The position numbers and the translations under genes are program-made. DNA of 63,792 nucleotides, counting the filler, from Octopus bimaculoides (Eukaryota): assembly GCF_001194135.2 (NCBI RefSeq). It is 5 parts of 4 records of this genome, joined end to end, with 100 filler letters (N's around TTAATTAATTAA, not from the genome) between each part and the next. Parts side by side here need not be neighbours in the genome. Positions count along the whole stretch, not along the records: positions 21,340 to 36,736 come from NC_068983.1; 4 more parts are not named here. The stretch is one strand, 5' to 3'. Under the pieces are notes generated by a model. That model searched no databases and was not told where the DNA came from. It was given only the letters and a program-made list of their open reading frames with translations. Below, piece by piece: positions 22,406 through 35,399 of the stretch. The stretch's first letter is position 1, and each line of letters starts with the position of its first letter.

Positions 22406-25400
22406 GTAAATAGTCATTGGTAAAGATAATGACGAGCAGACGATCAGAATAGTCGACATTGTACTAGTTGGGGTATTGCGGTAAATAAGCGATTACACAA
22501 ATCAATATTAACCCAATATCTAAGAGTCTCGCAATACACCTATGAACCCTGCTTCTTATGACCACCATCGCACATTGTATTTAATGTAGTACAATGACTG
22601 ATTTCATTATCATTAAACAAAATTAACGTATATGAATATTATGAGCTATTCTTCTCGCATCATAGTTACTCTTCATCGTTTTCACAGATACACCGTTACA
22701 ATTATGTGTGAAATGTTTTATAATTTATATAATTGCAACTTTATTTGAAACTTATGAATAGCTAATTTGTTGGTCTGTGGAGAATTCCTCAAAGACAAAT
22801 ATGAAAAGTAGTCATTAAAGTTGAATGTGAGTGACCTGAATGATTAATTACAATAACTATTTGCTAAATGGGCCTGTATTGCTTTTGGCTGTTGATTGCA
22901 TTAGGTTATCATCAAAAGACAATCTTGATTGATTTTTGCTGTGTAGTTAAGTAAAACTTTCAACAATTTATTATGAAAAATAACTAATATTATCTACTAT
23001 GGTCGTTGACACTTTTGGTAGTCTAGAAGGAAGAGATTCTGGATGAATTGTGGTGTTGTTTGAGTCGTAATGTAAAATGTCGGAGTCATGTTTGAAGGAG
23101 CAATTATACCGGAAGAATGGACGAGCAAAAGTTATGCGAGTCAGAATTCTGCCCTTTGGTATACAAGTTTGTGAAGAAGTAATTACGTTCATAACTCAAA
23201 TTAGGTGAAGAGAACAGGCTGGAAATTCCGTAGTTAAACGTACACCATATAGTTGCACAAACACATAAACGTACACACATGTATGCACACAAACACATAC
23301 ACACACATACACATACACACATACACACACAAGCACAAACATACACACACACGCACACACATACGCACATACACTTACAGCAACCATGCGCACAAGCATG
23401 TACGGAAATCACTGGCACACATAACCTGTTGGCAAAAGTGACACTTTAGAGTCTGGTTCATGAACCTTCGTATCCAGAAAGCACTTAGTTAACATAAACT
23501 CTTCTGGTTCTGTTGCTTGGTTGCCAAAGGCCTTACACACTAGAATTAACACAATCTCTACCACCGTTTTTGATGTTATCTCATCATTCATGAAACTTTA
23601 TCATATAATTACTTGAACCTTTCATTATATACATTCTTCGTTATGACTCAACAAGATTGTAATAGCGAGGGTGTTGAAACAGTTACTATTGGCAGCCAAA
23701 GTACTTCAAATACACGTGCCTTACAGAAAGCGATAACATGCATTGGTCAATATAATTCTCTACATGCAAAAAAAAAAAAAAAGAAAGGGAAACAATAATC
23801 ACTGAGGTCTACTCATTTAGCGTAAAACATGGCCTAAAAATAGTAACATATTGCTGCAGTAGGGTGGAAAATAGCGATTAATGTATTGCAAAATGGAGCA
23901 ACACTCGAAGAAATAATTTGGAGAATAAACATTGAAAAAGGATATACACCTTTATTGAACTAAGTATATCTTCTCGGAGAAGCAGGTGTTTAAATAATTA
24001 AAGTGATGTTCGTATTCTATCTGTGGAATGACATTAGAGTTAGAAGTGGAGAGCACTTTAGTCAGCATGCTACAGATGGAGACGAGATTATTCGGGTGGT
24101 TCATTTTAAAACGAATGTTGCTGTCTTGTTTTTGTTGCTATAACTCACGTAAAATGTCTTTCTGTTGTGATGTGAATATAAAGCTTTCCCGTCAACGGAA
24201 AGCTTTATACTATAAACTCTCTAACATTCAATCAATTACTGTTTATTTGTATTCCTGCTCATCTTCACAAATTCAACATTTCTTTATTCAAATTACTACA
24301 ACTTCGAATAAGTGATATAGTATAAAATCTCGGACCTGCTGTATATAACTGGTGTAATGTAAGGTTTTGTAGATGAAGTTACTCTATATCGATTGCAGAT
24401 ATTCTTTCAACCTATTTCGTGCAGCCAGAGGATCTACTGAGTCTAGCAACATTAAATGTTACTTGGTGACGGAATTCTCCCATCTGTTATTTTCTTCTAA
24501 TCAGCTCTTCTGAATACAGTTTTTCACATTTCTGATTTCTACAAGAAGTATAAGAAAATTACATAATGTTTTTTTTTTCTGTCGTTGAAAAGATCGTAGC
24601 ACGCTCTACCTGTGTGCAGTTTCTCCGGTTCAACGGCACTCTTTCTTGGACTTTTATGGCTAACCTGTGTTTTTCAATGTGTCGTTCTAATTACTTTTGC
24701 AACATTCCACATTCATAAACAAGCTTAAATCCCAGTTTCACTTTAGTCACCACATCAACTGTATCTGTACTAACCATCTTTTTCTAAGCCTCTGCAGCAC
24801 GATGAGGAACGATGAACAGTTAAGACAACTGTAGTCGTATAATAATTTTCGAAACTCTGGATAGTTACGCAAATCTTCAGAAAAATTTTCAATCTAAAGT
24901 TTCAGTTTACACAATAGATTTTCTTGTATCCACCTGCGTATGGAGAGACGTATGATATTTACTATTAGAAATGTGTGATATTTACTATTAGAATATCTAC
25001 AGGTACTGACCTTTGTAAAAACTCATCAAAATCATGCGGCCCGCTTTATAGAAATAACTGCAATTAAAGGCGAACTGCAGCAGATTACAATCATAACCGT
25101 TTACTGTAATATGCCTTACAAAAATAGTCTATTAAACAAATAGTAGGCTAGAGAAAATCTCCAGTATAACAATATCGGAGGCACGATAGGATATTAATTG
25201 CACTGTATATAAACTATATCCTTTGTAACCTGCGATGAATGCAAATTAAAAGCATATTTTCTTTCGAAGCACGTTCATAAGACAATATATATATATGTAA
25301 TTTGTAAACTGGAAAATAAGAGACCTTTAAGGCACACGGATTTGTACACTACAGAGACATTCAACATTATTACACAGCAAATTTTGTTGGGCAACAGAGG

Positions 25401-26673
25401 GTATATTGCAGTACAAGATTGCAAACACTATGATAAATTCATCAAAAATACCTCTTCTGAAACGCAAACAGAATAAATATATGATGACGAAATATGAGTC
25501 TAGATAGCATTTCAAGCACGGTAATATCAGTTCCACATGTAAAATATTTTAAGTCAACCAGAGGAAAAAATGAGACTAACGAATTCGCCAATGAAAAAGT
25601 AAAGGCAATTTGGAGATGCCGGACTGAGAGAATATGATTAATTATTCGCAAAATTTACTGATACCACACAAAATACAAGTTAATACATATATGAACACAA
25701 TAAAAAATTCGTGAAACCAGATTTAATAATGAAATAAACCAATATGGACAGGGAAAAGTAACAACACAACTATAATTAATAAGACAGCAGTGGGCTACAT
25801 GGTATTAAAAGACATTCTAGATAACCTAATATATTATTAAAATCGGCCAACAGAGACAAATACTCAAAGTATTAGTCAACGAAACGTAACAGGTAAATGA
25901 AAAAAAAAAATACACCAATGTAAAAACATTTACAGTGGTGTACATTGACAGAAATAAAACGAGCTTGCTTGTATATGATATCTATTTTAAATACTGAAGC
26001 TGAATGGCGTAATACTTGAGTTGTAAGGGAAGAATGTGGCTAAAATAAACAATATAAAATCTATAGTATGTAATAAATAGTCTCTTTCAGTTGCAGTTAG
26101 AAAGTCAGATATCTGCACATGTATGTATGTATGTATGTATGTATGTATGCATGCATGTATATTCTTCTTTTTTCCCCTTTTAATTTAAAGTGAATTTTGA
26201 CCGGCCAACTTGATATCGACTTGGTGTATAAAAATGGGAATAAGAATAAAATTTTTATTACCCACATCCTCTTGGGAATATCAAAGCAAAAGATAAACAA
26301 ATTTCTATACTAACAGCATGACATGCCCTAAAAATAGCCCCTACCTTCCAAAAAGAAACAAGGAATACACTAAATAACAAAAAAAAGTAAAGAAACCGAC
26401 CAGTTTAAACGTGCTACCAAATTACATTCTTTTGGGAACCCCTAATAAACACCGTTAGAAAAGAATGACACACCCAATTACTAAGGTTTCTAATACAAGA
26501 TTAAACTTTGAACCTTTGACCTTTACATTGTCAATGTAGAGGATTAATTCCAATAAAAACGAACAACTAAAACTAATGACACATTCCATACCTGCCAACA
26601 CAACGAACACATCTAAGTATTATTACCAGCTTAAAAAGTTCTACATACATAGGTAAATTCTTTACAATAATAT

Positions 26674-27088
26674 TGTTGTTTGCACTCCGTCGCTTACGAC
26701 GTCAAGGGTTCCAGTTGATCCGATCAACGGAACAGCCTGCTCGTGAAATTAACGTGCAAGTGGCTGAGCACTCTACAGACACNNNNNNNNNNAATTAACG
26801 TGCAAGTGGCTGAGCACTCTACAGACACGTGTACCCTTAACGTAGTTCTCGGGGATATTCAGCGTGACAGTGTGATAAGGCTGACCCTTTGAATTACAGG
26901 CATAACAGAAACTGGAAGAGATCTAGTGAAAGAGTGCAGCAGGGTTCACCCCCCCCCTGCTGGAGCCTCGTGGAGCTGTTAGGTGTTTTCGCTCAATAAA
27001 CACTCACAACGCCCGGTCTGGGAATCGAAACCGCGATCTTATGACCGCAAGTCCGCTGCCCTAACCACTGGGCCATTACGCCTCCACG
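26674..27088 (-). mobile_element. tRNA-derived SINE (head E + tail X), full length
   Basis: Minus head GTGGAGGCGTAATGGCCCAGTGGTTAGGGC...GGTTTCGATTCCC; flanked by ATAATAT at 26667-26673 and 27089-27095. Confidence 0.9.
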
Positions 27089-27254
27089 ATAATATAACCC
27101 CCCCCCCCAGTTTAATCAATAAATATTTCTCCAAAATATCTCTGCATAGTAACCCATCCTAAAATCTAATTACCATTCCACTCAAACCCACATACCCAAG
27201 GAGAATTTCAAATCAACAGAGATTATGTAAAGCCAAAATTAATTTCAATGCATC

Positions 27255-27299
27255 ACAGTTCGACGAAGGCTTAACTGGCCGAAACTTCGAAGTCACTGT
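27255..27299 (+). ncRNA. Type I hammerhead ribozyme-like motif with two core substitutions
   Basis: Helix I ACAGT/ACTGT, core TCGACGA (canonical CTGANGA), extra A, helix II GGC/GCC, GAA, palindromic helix III ACTTCGAAGT, GUC cleavage triplet. Confidence 0.55.
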
Positions 27300-27471
27300 C
27301 AGTAATATTCTTGTTTAAGGATAATAAATGTGTATGCTACAAAAGCATAGAATGACCCATGAGATAAATGTAAAATTGTTTTTATTATAACTGAAAATAA
27401 AAAGAAACATGCAAATATATCATACATACATTTTGATATCCATGCACACAGATTAAGGACAAGCAATCACA

Positions 27472-27472
27472 G

Positions 27473-27532
<60 letters not shown>

Positions 27533-27572
27533 ATGTGTGTGTGTGCGTATGTTTGTGCGTGTGTGCGTGTGT
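27472..27572. repeat. Adjacent (CA)n and (GT)n tracts
   Basis: Direct reading. Confidence 0.9.
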
Positions 27573-27981
27573 AGCGGAGGCAAAAAAAAGATCATATGTA
27601 TCTCTAAACATTAACTTTGAAATTCGATCAGTGCATGGATATTTCAGTGTTGGACTGATCCCCAGAAAACAATGTACAGACAGTATGCAGACTAGGAAAC
27701 GAAAATCTGTAGGAGAACATTAATAAATGTAATTATGATGTATAATAAACTCTATTGCAAAAATAAAAATAAAATGAAAATTCTCAGTGAGGAACTATGT
27801 GTCAGAGAGAAAACCGAGAAAAAGGATAAGGAAGCTTAGATTAAATAGAACTCTATATTTGGTAAACATGGAGAATATTAAAGAGGAAAAACTATTTCCA
27901 TCCTGTAACAGCATATAAGCTTAACGAAGCATGACATTGCTCGCTTTTTTGATCAACACTACTATATATGCATGTTTGTGC

Positions 27982-28022
<41 letters not shown>

Positions 28023-28249
28023 TGTTTGTGCGTGTATATGTATATATGCATGCATGTTTATACAAATATATATTTTATATATAGATGTACCATACCGTGT
28101 GGATTGTGTAACATACGCCACTTTAGTTTACAAGTTGTAATATTTGTATAGATACAAATAAAACCTGCATATCAGCACGGGGAAAACAGCTGTGAGATCA
28201 GAGATCTAATTCCAGTGTTCGGTTCATTGTTTCTTGTCTTCTTCTACAG

Positions 28250-28314
28250 ACTTGGACCGCCTTGGCGATCCTGAATTTGGAGATTGGACTCTTACCAGAG
28301 CGACTTCCCTGTGA
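28250..28314 (+). CDS. Candidate terminal coding exon
   Basis: Strong acceptor TTCATTGTTTCTTGTCTTCTTCTACAG; phase-1 frame (D)LDRLGDPEFGDWTLTRATSL-stop; unique sequence. Confidence 0.3.
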
Positions 28315-28345
28315 TTCAAAGAACCTTTATATACACATACATGCA

Positions 28346-28399
<54 letters not shown>

Positions 28400-28479
28400 T
28401 GTGTGTTTGTGCGCGCCCACGTATCTCTTCATGTATGACTTTGTGTGTTTCTATTTCCCTCCAGCCACCGCTTATCATC

Positions 28480-28625
28480 CATGTTGGTTTGTCTGCGTAC
28501 TCATAACATAGCAGTACGACAAGACGGACTGATAGAATAAGTTCCAGGCTTAAACAAAGAGTACTGGGATCGATTGGTGCGACTAAAACCCTTCAAACCG
28601 GTGACCCGGCATGACAACAGGTCAA
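28480..28625 (+). mobile_element. Family A SINE 3' body, degenerate
   Basis: GACTGATAGAATAAGTTCCAGGCTTAAAC...GTACTGGGATCGAT...CGACTAAAACCCTTCAA. Confidence 0.55.
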
Positions 28626-28744
28626 TAATTGCAACATGTAAAATATAAAAGCTAAGACGCATGTACAGTTATGCACGAAAATACAAATATTTATGCAGAT
28701 TGATTGCTGATAGATGTTTTTATGCTTTAGCTTCTTCTGTGCAT

Positions 28745-28827
<83 letters not shown>

Positions 28828-28960
28828 GGGTACGATGGATAATTGTCGTCATTTTATATTTTTAATTTCGAGCAAGCACACTGCCTGTTTTTGATTTTGT
28901 CGACTACACAGTTTAGTAGGATCAGTTGGGCACTGTCTGTGAGAGAAAAAATCCAGCACT

Positions 28961-29376
28961 ATGACGTAATTCACTCTGCCAGACATTTGGAAGCGAAGTA
29001 CTGTACTGCTTAGCATTCGCGCCGGAAGGTCCTATACGAACATTTCAGAGTGTCTGTGTGTCAGTCTGAGGACAGTGCAATCTGAGGACATGTACCGAGA
29101 GTGATTAAATTCAAACATCCAGTCAACATCATGGTATATAGAGTGATCACTAGTGATAGCGATATTATGCCTCCATTCATCTTCCCATACGGCCTCAGAC
29201 TCAACACGGAGGCCTACGTGAAGTGACTGGAGGGGATAGCACTACCCTGAATTAAGAGGGTGGCTGCTGGAAGACCCTATGTCTGGGAAGAGGACTTTGC
29301 ACCATGCCGCACAAGTAGGAGAGCCCAGTCATGGCTGTCAGACAATTTCTACGACCACATCGTCCCTAACATCTGG
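28961..29376 (+). mobile_element. Tc1/mariner superfamily transposase remnant (DD37D/maT-like), internally deleted
   Basis: MT-FTLPDIWKRSTVLLSIRAG then KHPVNIMV..VITSDSDIMPPFIFPYGLRLNTEAYVK and AAGRPYVWEEDFAPCRTSRRAQSWLSDNF. Confidence 0.75.
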
Positions 29377-30654
29377 TCTAGAAAGGCTACAGTCCAATGA
29401 CTTAAATAAGTGAAACAATAAGAAGACGTATGTATATAAATGTGTGCATATGTACAAAAATGTGTATCTACAAATTCGACTTAAATTGGACCGTACAATA
29501 CTAGCTGATGTGAAATGTGAGGGATAGCATATGCAAACAATATCTATGATATCCCTTTTAGTTTGTAATGTATAAGGTTTTGTGTTATTTATTCATTTGT
29601 TCTTGTACTTGTTTCAGTTAGAACTTTACTGTACATTATTTTAATCGAAGATACCTATACTTGTAGTTATGGCAGTCTGTTACTTACCTCTACCTCCAAA
29701 TTTCTGTTGGGGGTAACACAACTTGACTCACCGATTTTCACAGATTTATACAAAGGCGCATACTCATGACGTCTTGTCTACTTACAATAAGACATGCGAG
29801 TTCATATACATATATAAGTGTTTATTCTATCTGTCTACTTCAGTGCGTTCGTGTGCTGCAATAAGATCCCATGGACTAAGTAGAAGACATTTTAATACAT
29901 TGTAATTGAAGTAAATCACTGAAAGAGCTCAATCTTGGCCGTAGTTCAGTGACTGAAATGAATGAAAAAATAAAAGAATGCATTTTATATATAGATATAT
30001 CCGTATATCTAGGCAGAAAAAATATTTATAAATTATATATACGATATAATATTTGGCTGTGCAACAAGCCATTAGTAAAGAAATACGACGGAAAGTATAA
30101 ATAACTGATACATCATATTTTTTAAGGCATTACATTACGGATTTCCGGTTTTCTCTCACAATAAACAATTTTTTTGCTTCCGTGCCATTGAACTTATCCG
30201 ATGAGTCGAAAAGATATAAATTTCCAGTGGTTTTTGCACAAATGAGTTTAGATTAAAGAAAACAGAAAATGCGTGGGCTGCTCAAATCTACCGAGCTGAA
30301 CAGATTTGTATCTACAGGTTTAAATATTGTCCATAGAGGCATAACCCGTAAATTATTCAAAATGAATTTAGATTGCTAGAGGTATTATCAAAGTGGTAAT
30401 AAGATTCAAATGAAGTTAACACAGTTTTGTTTATAGAAATTATAACGCGTTGAAATGATTCGAAAAATCATTATAATTACATAAAACTCGTGGCTTCAAA
30501 ACTGGTTGTCTCCTACAAACCACATTTAAACATATACGTTCCTTTTGTTTGCTGTATAATGTGGCATGCCAATGTTATCTTAAAATAAATTTTAAATTTG
30601 TTTTTCTGACATCTCATTCATATTTTTCTTGGAAATTTATGATAGCCCATCCTA

Positions 30655-30995
30655 AATATTGGTTTCAAATTTTGTAAACCAATTTCGGGAGAAGTGTTAA
30701 GTTGATTTCATCGACCCCAATGTTCAATCGGTACTTATTTTATCACCCCAGTGGTCAATTGGTAGATATTTTGTTGAACCCAATGGTCAACTGGTATTTA
30801 TTTTATCGACCCTTGTGGTCAACTGGTTCTTTTTTTGTTGACCCTTATGGTCAATTGGTACTTATTTTATCATCCCCGAAAGGATGAAAAGCACAGTCGA
30901 ACCCGGCGGCATTTGACCTTAGAACGTAAAGTCGGTAGAAAAAAAGCCGCTAATTATTTTACCCGGCACCGTAACGATTCCACCAGCTCGCTCAC
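30655..30995 (-). mobile_element. Family D SINE (Deu/Nin-like central domain) with internal minisatellite
   Basis: CCCCGAAAGGATGAAAAGCACAGTCGA core; five copies of an approx. 32-bp unit at 30710-30868. Confidence 0.75.
30710..30868. repeat. Approx. 32-bp minisatellite, 5 copies
   Basis: Consensus-like ATCGACCCCAATGGTCAACTGGTACTTATTTT. Confidence 0.85.
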
Positions 30996-31002
30996 ACTAT
31001 AT

Positions 31003-31222
31003 ATTCTTTTCTACTCTAGGCACAAGGCCCTAAATTCTGGGGGAGGGCACCAGTCGATTACGTCGACCCCAGTATACGACTGGTACTTATTTAATCGACT
31101 CCGAAAAGATGAAAAGCAAAGTCGACCTCAGCGGAATTTGAACTCAGAACGTAAAGACAGACGAAATACCGCTAAACATTTCGCCCGGCGTGCTAACGTT
31201 TCTGCCAGCTCGCTGCCTTCGC
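31003..31222 (-). mobile_element. Family D SINE, near full length (tail type 1)
   Basis: TTTTCTACTCTAGGCACAAGGCCC...GGAATTTGAACTCAGAACG...CTGCCAGCTCGCTGCCT; minus strand GCTTTTCATCTTTTCGGAGTCGATTAAATAAGTACC resembles the DeuSINE/Nin domain. Confidence 0.85.
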
Positions 31223-31604
31223 CCACTCTAGATATTAGCAGAGGGCACGAACAATGTATTTCTTTAGTCGGTGAGTAGCAGAAACCTGCGAAATATAATT
31301 AATATCATTAGTAATTTTAATGATATATAGTCTCAGATCTAGTAATATAGTTTATTAATGCTTAGTATATTAAGACATATAGCAGCATAAACATTTATAT
31401 ATGTCTAATTTAATACTGTGACATTCTAAGTTATAAGAAAAGTACATAATTTTACATATATTGCATAACTGGAATCGAGACACACGAGCGCGCGCGTCTA
31501 TGTATATATATATATGTGTGTATGTGCATGTATACGTGAATGTGTGCGAGCGTGTGTGTGTGAGTGTATGTGAGTGTAAGTGTGTGTGTAAGTGTGTGTA
31601 TATG

Positions 31605-31792
31605 AGTTTGTGGCTATGTAGTGAGAAGTTTGTTTCCCAACAACATGGTTCCAGTTTCAGTCCCACTAAGTAACATATTAGATAACCGTCTTCTATAATG
31701 TCCTAGGGCCGATGAAATCTTTGTGACTAGATTTGATAGACGAAAACTGAAAAAAGCCCGTTGTGTATATTTAAATGCAAATACATACAAAT

Positions 31793-31833
<41 letters not shown>

Positions 31834-32015
31834 GTATACATATATGTAATTACGTTTGTCAACTGATGTTAGTTTGTTTACGTTCTCGTAGTGTTTCAGC
31901 AAAAGATACCCGATATAGTAAGTACCAGACTTTAAATATAATAACTGGAGACGATTTCTTTGATTAAAATTCAATGCGTTGCTCCATCATGGCCGCTGTC
32001 CATGTACTGAAACAG
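31605..32015 (+). mobile_element. Family A SINE, degenerate, with internal (TA)n
   Basis: GTGGCTATGTAGTGAGAAG...GGTTCCAGTTTCAGTCCCAC...TAGACGAAAACTGAAAAAAGCCCGTTG...CTCCATCATGGCCGCTGTCC. Confidence 0.65.
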
Positions 32016-32169
32016 ATAAAAAATAAATTACATATCCCTCTATTTATGCGTATGTGGTGGGAGAGTATGTATTTTGGATTCAATTAGAGAGCGCATGCGC
32101 ATGTATGTTAGTGATTCATTTAAGGTATGAAAATATTTCAGATGCCTAGCGATAACAACTTTTTCTTTC

Positions 32170-32375
32170 AAATGTTGGCAAGTTGACAGCAATTTCAATG
32201 GAGAGGATAAGTCAATTACATCGACTCCAATGCCCAACTGATACTTATTTTATCGACCTTGGGAGTATGATAAGCAAAGTCAACCTCCGCGGAATTTGAA
32301 CTCGGAACGTAAGGATGGATAAAATGCCAGTAAGCAGTTTGCCCGGCGTGCGAAGAACAATCCTGCCAATTCGCC
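32170..32375 (-). mobile_element. Family D SINE, degenerate
   Basis: ATCGACTCCAATGCCCAACTGATACTTATTTTATCGAC...GGAATTTGAACTCGGAACG. Confidence 0.7.
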
Positions 32376-32501
32376 GACTTAGTCATAACAACGTTTACAA
32401 TATATGTAAACTTATATTTACGCTCACACATTCAGAGACATCCTCTCTCTGTGTCACTCTCTGTCTTTCTCTCACTCTCTCTGCCTATCTCTTCCTCTCT
32501 C

Positions 32502-32551
<50 letters not shown>

Positions 32552-33664
32552 TATCAGGTTGCTTAGTTTCCGTTTATGAAATTTCATGATATGTTTACCA
32601 GCCCGAGGTTACAATAGAATACATTTGCTCGAGATGCCATGCATTGTGATCGAATGCAAGCCACATGGTGGTGAAACGAACGACTTTACAACGTAGTTAT
32701 GTTTGCTCCTTATTATGTAATCGTTTCATTTTTCTTACGTTCGGTACTTTTCCGATTGATTAAGCACGTGAATTACTGTAAGAAATAAAATGTTATTGAT
32801 GTCGAGTTAAGGAAATTTCTTTCCTTTTCAGAAAAGTTTCTATAAGTTTTGCTGCAGAATACTTAAGTAATGAATAGCAACAAGATTAAAGAGAAAAGTT
32901 TAGCTTTAGGATTACAATATTTTTCATATTTTCAGTGAACAATCTGAATCTATTTACATTTCATTTTAGATTAAAGAAGAAATAATTTTATACATAGCAT
33001 ATCAATTCTTTTAAATTTAAATTTGAACTTTCATTCGTAAAACGATACAAAGAGGAAAAAGATATGGAATGCATTTTCAATCAATCTATATGCATTAAAT
33101 GAAGAGAAGGCGTAACTAGAATATTATTATCTTCAGTTTAATATATGTATATATATGTATCACACACATTTCAGCATACACATATATGTACAAAATGTGG
33201 ATATATGCAAGCATAGAAATATACGCATATATATGTGCATATATTTATGAGCACTATAATGAAAAACTGTAAGATTTGATAATGTAATCCAGCATACAGC
33301 TAAAATTTATGAAATTGTTATCCATACCTACCAGCGATTTCAATATAGGATGCTTCTTCAGTTAAATAGTAGTAACCGTTTGCTAAATCTAAGTGACTGT
33401 CAACAACGTTAGCGCTTGTGACTATCAACGAGTAACTGAAACATACGGTTGAAGACCCAAGCAATTAGCAGATAAAATGTATGGTTACACCAAAGTAATT
33501 TGTACTTAACTATGTTCTACAACACGCATATATTTTCTCACGGAAGAAACAAAATATACGCCCCCACTAACAGACACACTCACACACATATATACATACA
33601 CTCACACACACACACTATATATATATATATATCCATATATATATGCATGTGTATATATATGAGT

Positions 33665-33790
33665 TTCGGTTCGTCTACGTTTGTTTGCAATGTCCTGTAC
33701 CCAGATATGCACCTATACATACAGGTGGATGTCGGTATGCACATACCTGTACGTATATATGCATATACTCATTTACTATTTGTTTTTACA
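33665..33790 (+). repeat. Dispersed repeat shared with 42480-42600 (opposite strand)
   Basis: GTCTACGTTTGTTTGCAATGTCCTGTACCCAGATATGCACC...ATACCTGTACGTATATATGCATATACTCATTTA occurs in both places. Confidence 0.8.
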
Positions 33791-34694
33791 TGACTGAACG
33801 CAGCGTCTCCAACTGTAAGTAGTTTTCGTTAAACTTATATCTTCCGACGCTACTCTATCTCTTTCTCTTTCTCTTCCTCTATTATTTCCCCCTCTCGTTC
33901 TTCCTCTTTANNNNNNNNNNNNNNNNNNNNNNNNNNNNNNNNNNNNNNNNNNNNNNNNNNNNNNNNNNNNNNNNNNNNNNNNNNNNNNNNNNNNNNNNNN
34001 NNNNNNNNNNNNNNNNNNNNNNNNNNNNNNNNNNNNNNNNNNNNNNNNNNNNNNNNNNNNNNNNNNNNNNNNNNNNNNNNNNNNNNNNNNNNNNNNNNNN
34101 NNNNNNNNNNNNNNNNNNNNNNNNNNNNNNNNNNNNNNNNNNNNNNNNNNNNNNNNNNNNNNNNNNNNNNNNNNNNNNNNNNNNNNNNNNNNNNNNNNNN
34201 NNNNNNNNNNNNNNNNNNNNNNNNNNNNNNNNNNNNNNNNNNNNNNNNNNNNNNNNNNNNNNNNNNNNNNNNNNNNNNNNNNNNNNNNNNNNNNNNNNNN
34301 NNNNNNNNNNNNNNNNNNNNNNNNNNNNNNNNNNNNNNNNNNNNNNNNNNNNNNNNNNNNNNNNNNNNNNNNNNNNNNNNNNNNNNNNNNNNNNNNNNNN
34401 NNNNNNNNNNNNNNNNNNNNNNNNNNNNNNNNNNNNNNNNNNNNNNNNNNNNNNNNNNNNNNNNNNNNNNNNNNNNNNNNNNNNNNNNNNNNNNNNNNNN
34501 NNNNNNNNNNNNNNNNNNNNNNNNNNNNNNNNNNNNNNNNNNNNNNNNNNNNNNNNNNNNNNNNNNNNNNNNNNNNNNNNNNNNNNNNNNNNNNNNNNNN
34601 NNNNNNNNNNNNNNNNNNNNNNNNNNNNNNNNNNNNNNNNNNNNNNNNNNNNNNNNNNNNNNNNNNNNNNNNNNNNNNNNNNNNNNNNNNNNNN

Positions 34695-34730
<36 letters not shown>

Positions 34731-35399
34731 TACAGACACACACATAAAAAGTATATATGAATGTGTGTCTGTGTAATTGTGTGCGTGTGTGTCTTTGTTC
34801 GTGCTTGTGTGTGTGTCCGCGTGAATGTGTGGAATAAAATTTTACTTGTTACATTTCCATTACATTTACAGCTACTTTTACAGTGCATGTGTTGATGTCG
34901 ACCGGTATATTTCTATATTACCACTTATTGGCGTTCATTGTTATTCGAAGCATACATTCATGCAAACTACATCTAATTAATTTTCCATTTCAAGTATGAG
35001 AAAATTACGATTTCGTTAGTTTTCATAATACTTCTTTCTTCCATAAATTTTTGCTTTCATTTTCAGGCTACGCTTCAAAATTGCTTTCATAACTCTCTTT
35101 CAGTCGTATGCACACATAAAGATACACAGATATACATATTGCAAGCATACAACAAATACACTTATACGCAATGCTAAACGTGTTCCTCAAATCACACCTT
35201 GCTGTTTTTATTCTGTTTATATGTGTGTATGGGTCAACAAGAAAAAACATCTACACTGTAGCTAAAACTGCTAGAAGTAGCATCCAAAACACTCTCAAAT
35301 CTTAGTGTACCGTCATACAAAACAACATTACCTATTACTATCGCTTTAGGTTAACTTTACCTGCGAGAAAGAGCTAAACATCGACACACAGACATAATG

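Larger units (their letters stand above)
26300..27330 (+). mobile_element. Highly decayed Penelope-like 3' end interrupted by a SINE
   Basis: YYQLK and TYIGK (26646-26657) resemble the two halves of GIY-YIG; hammerhead-like motif at 27255-27299 downstream. Confidence 0.35.

Noticed and set aside
26747-26828. 36-bp direct duplication inside the SINE
   Set aside because: The two copies flank a 10-N gap: unmerged contig overlap
27472-27572. Hairpin from adjacent (CA)n and (GT)n
   Set aside because: Trivial consequence of complementary microsatellites, which are ubiquitous here
30710-30868. CRISPR-like array of about 32-bp repeats
   Set aside because: Units are contiguous with no unique spacers, derive from a SINE segment, and no cas genes exist in this eukaryotic context
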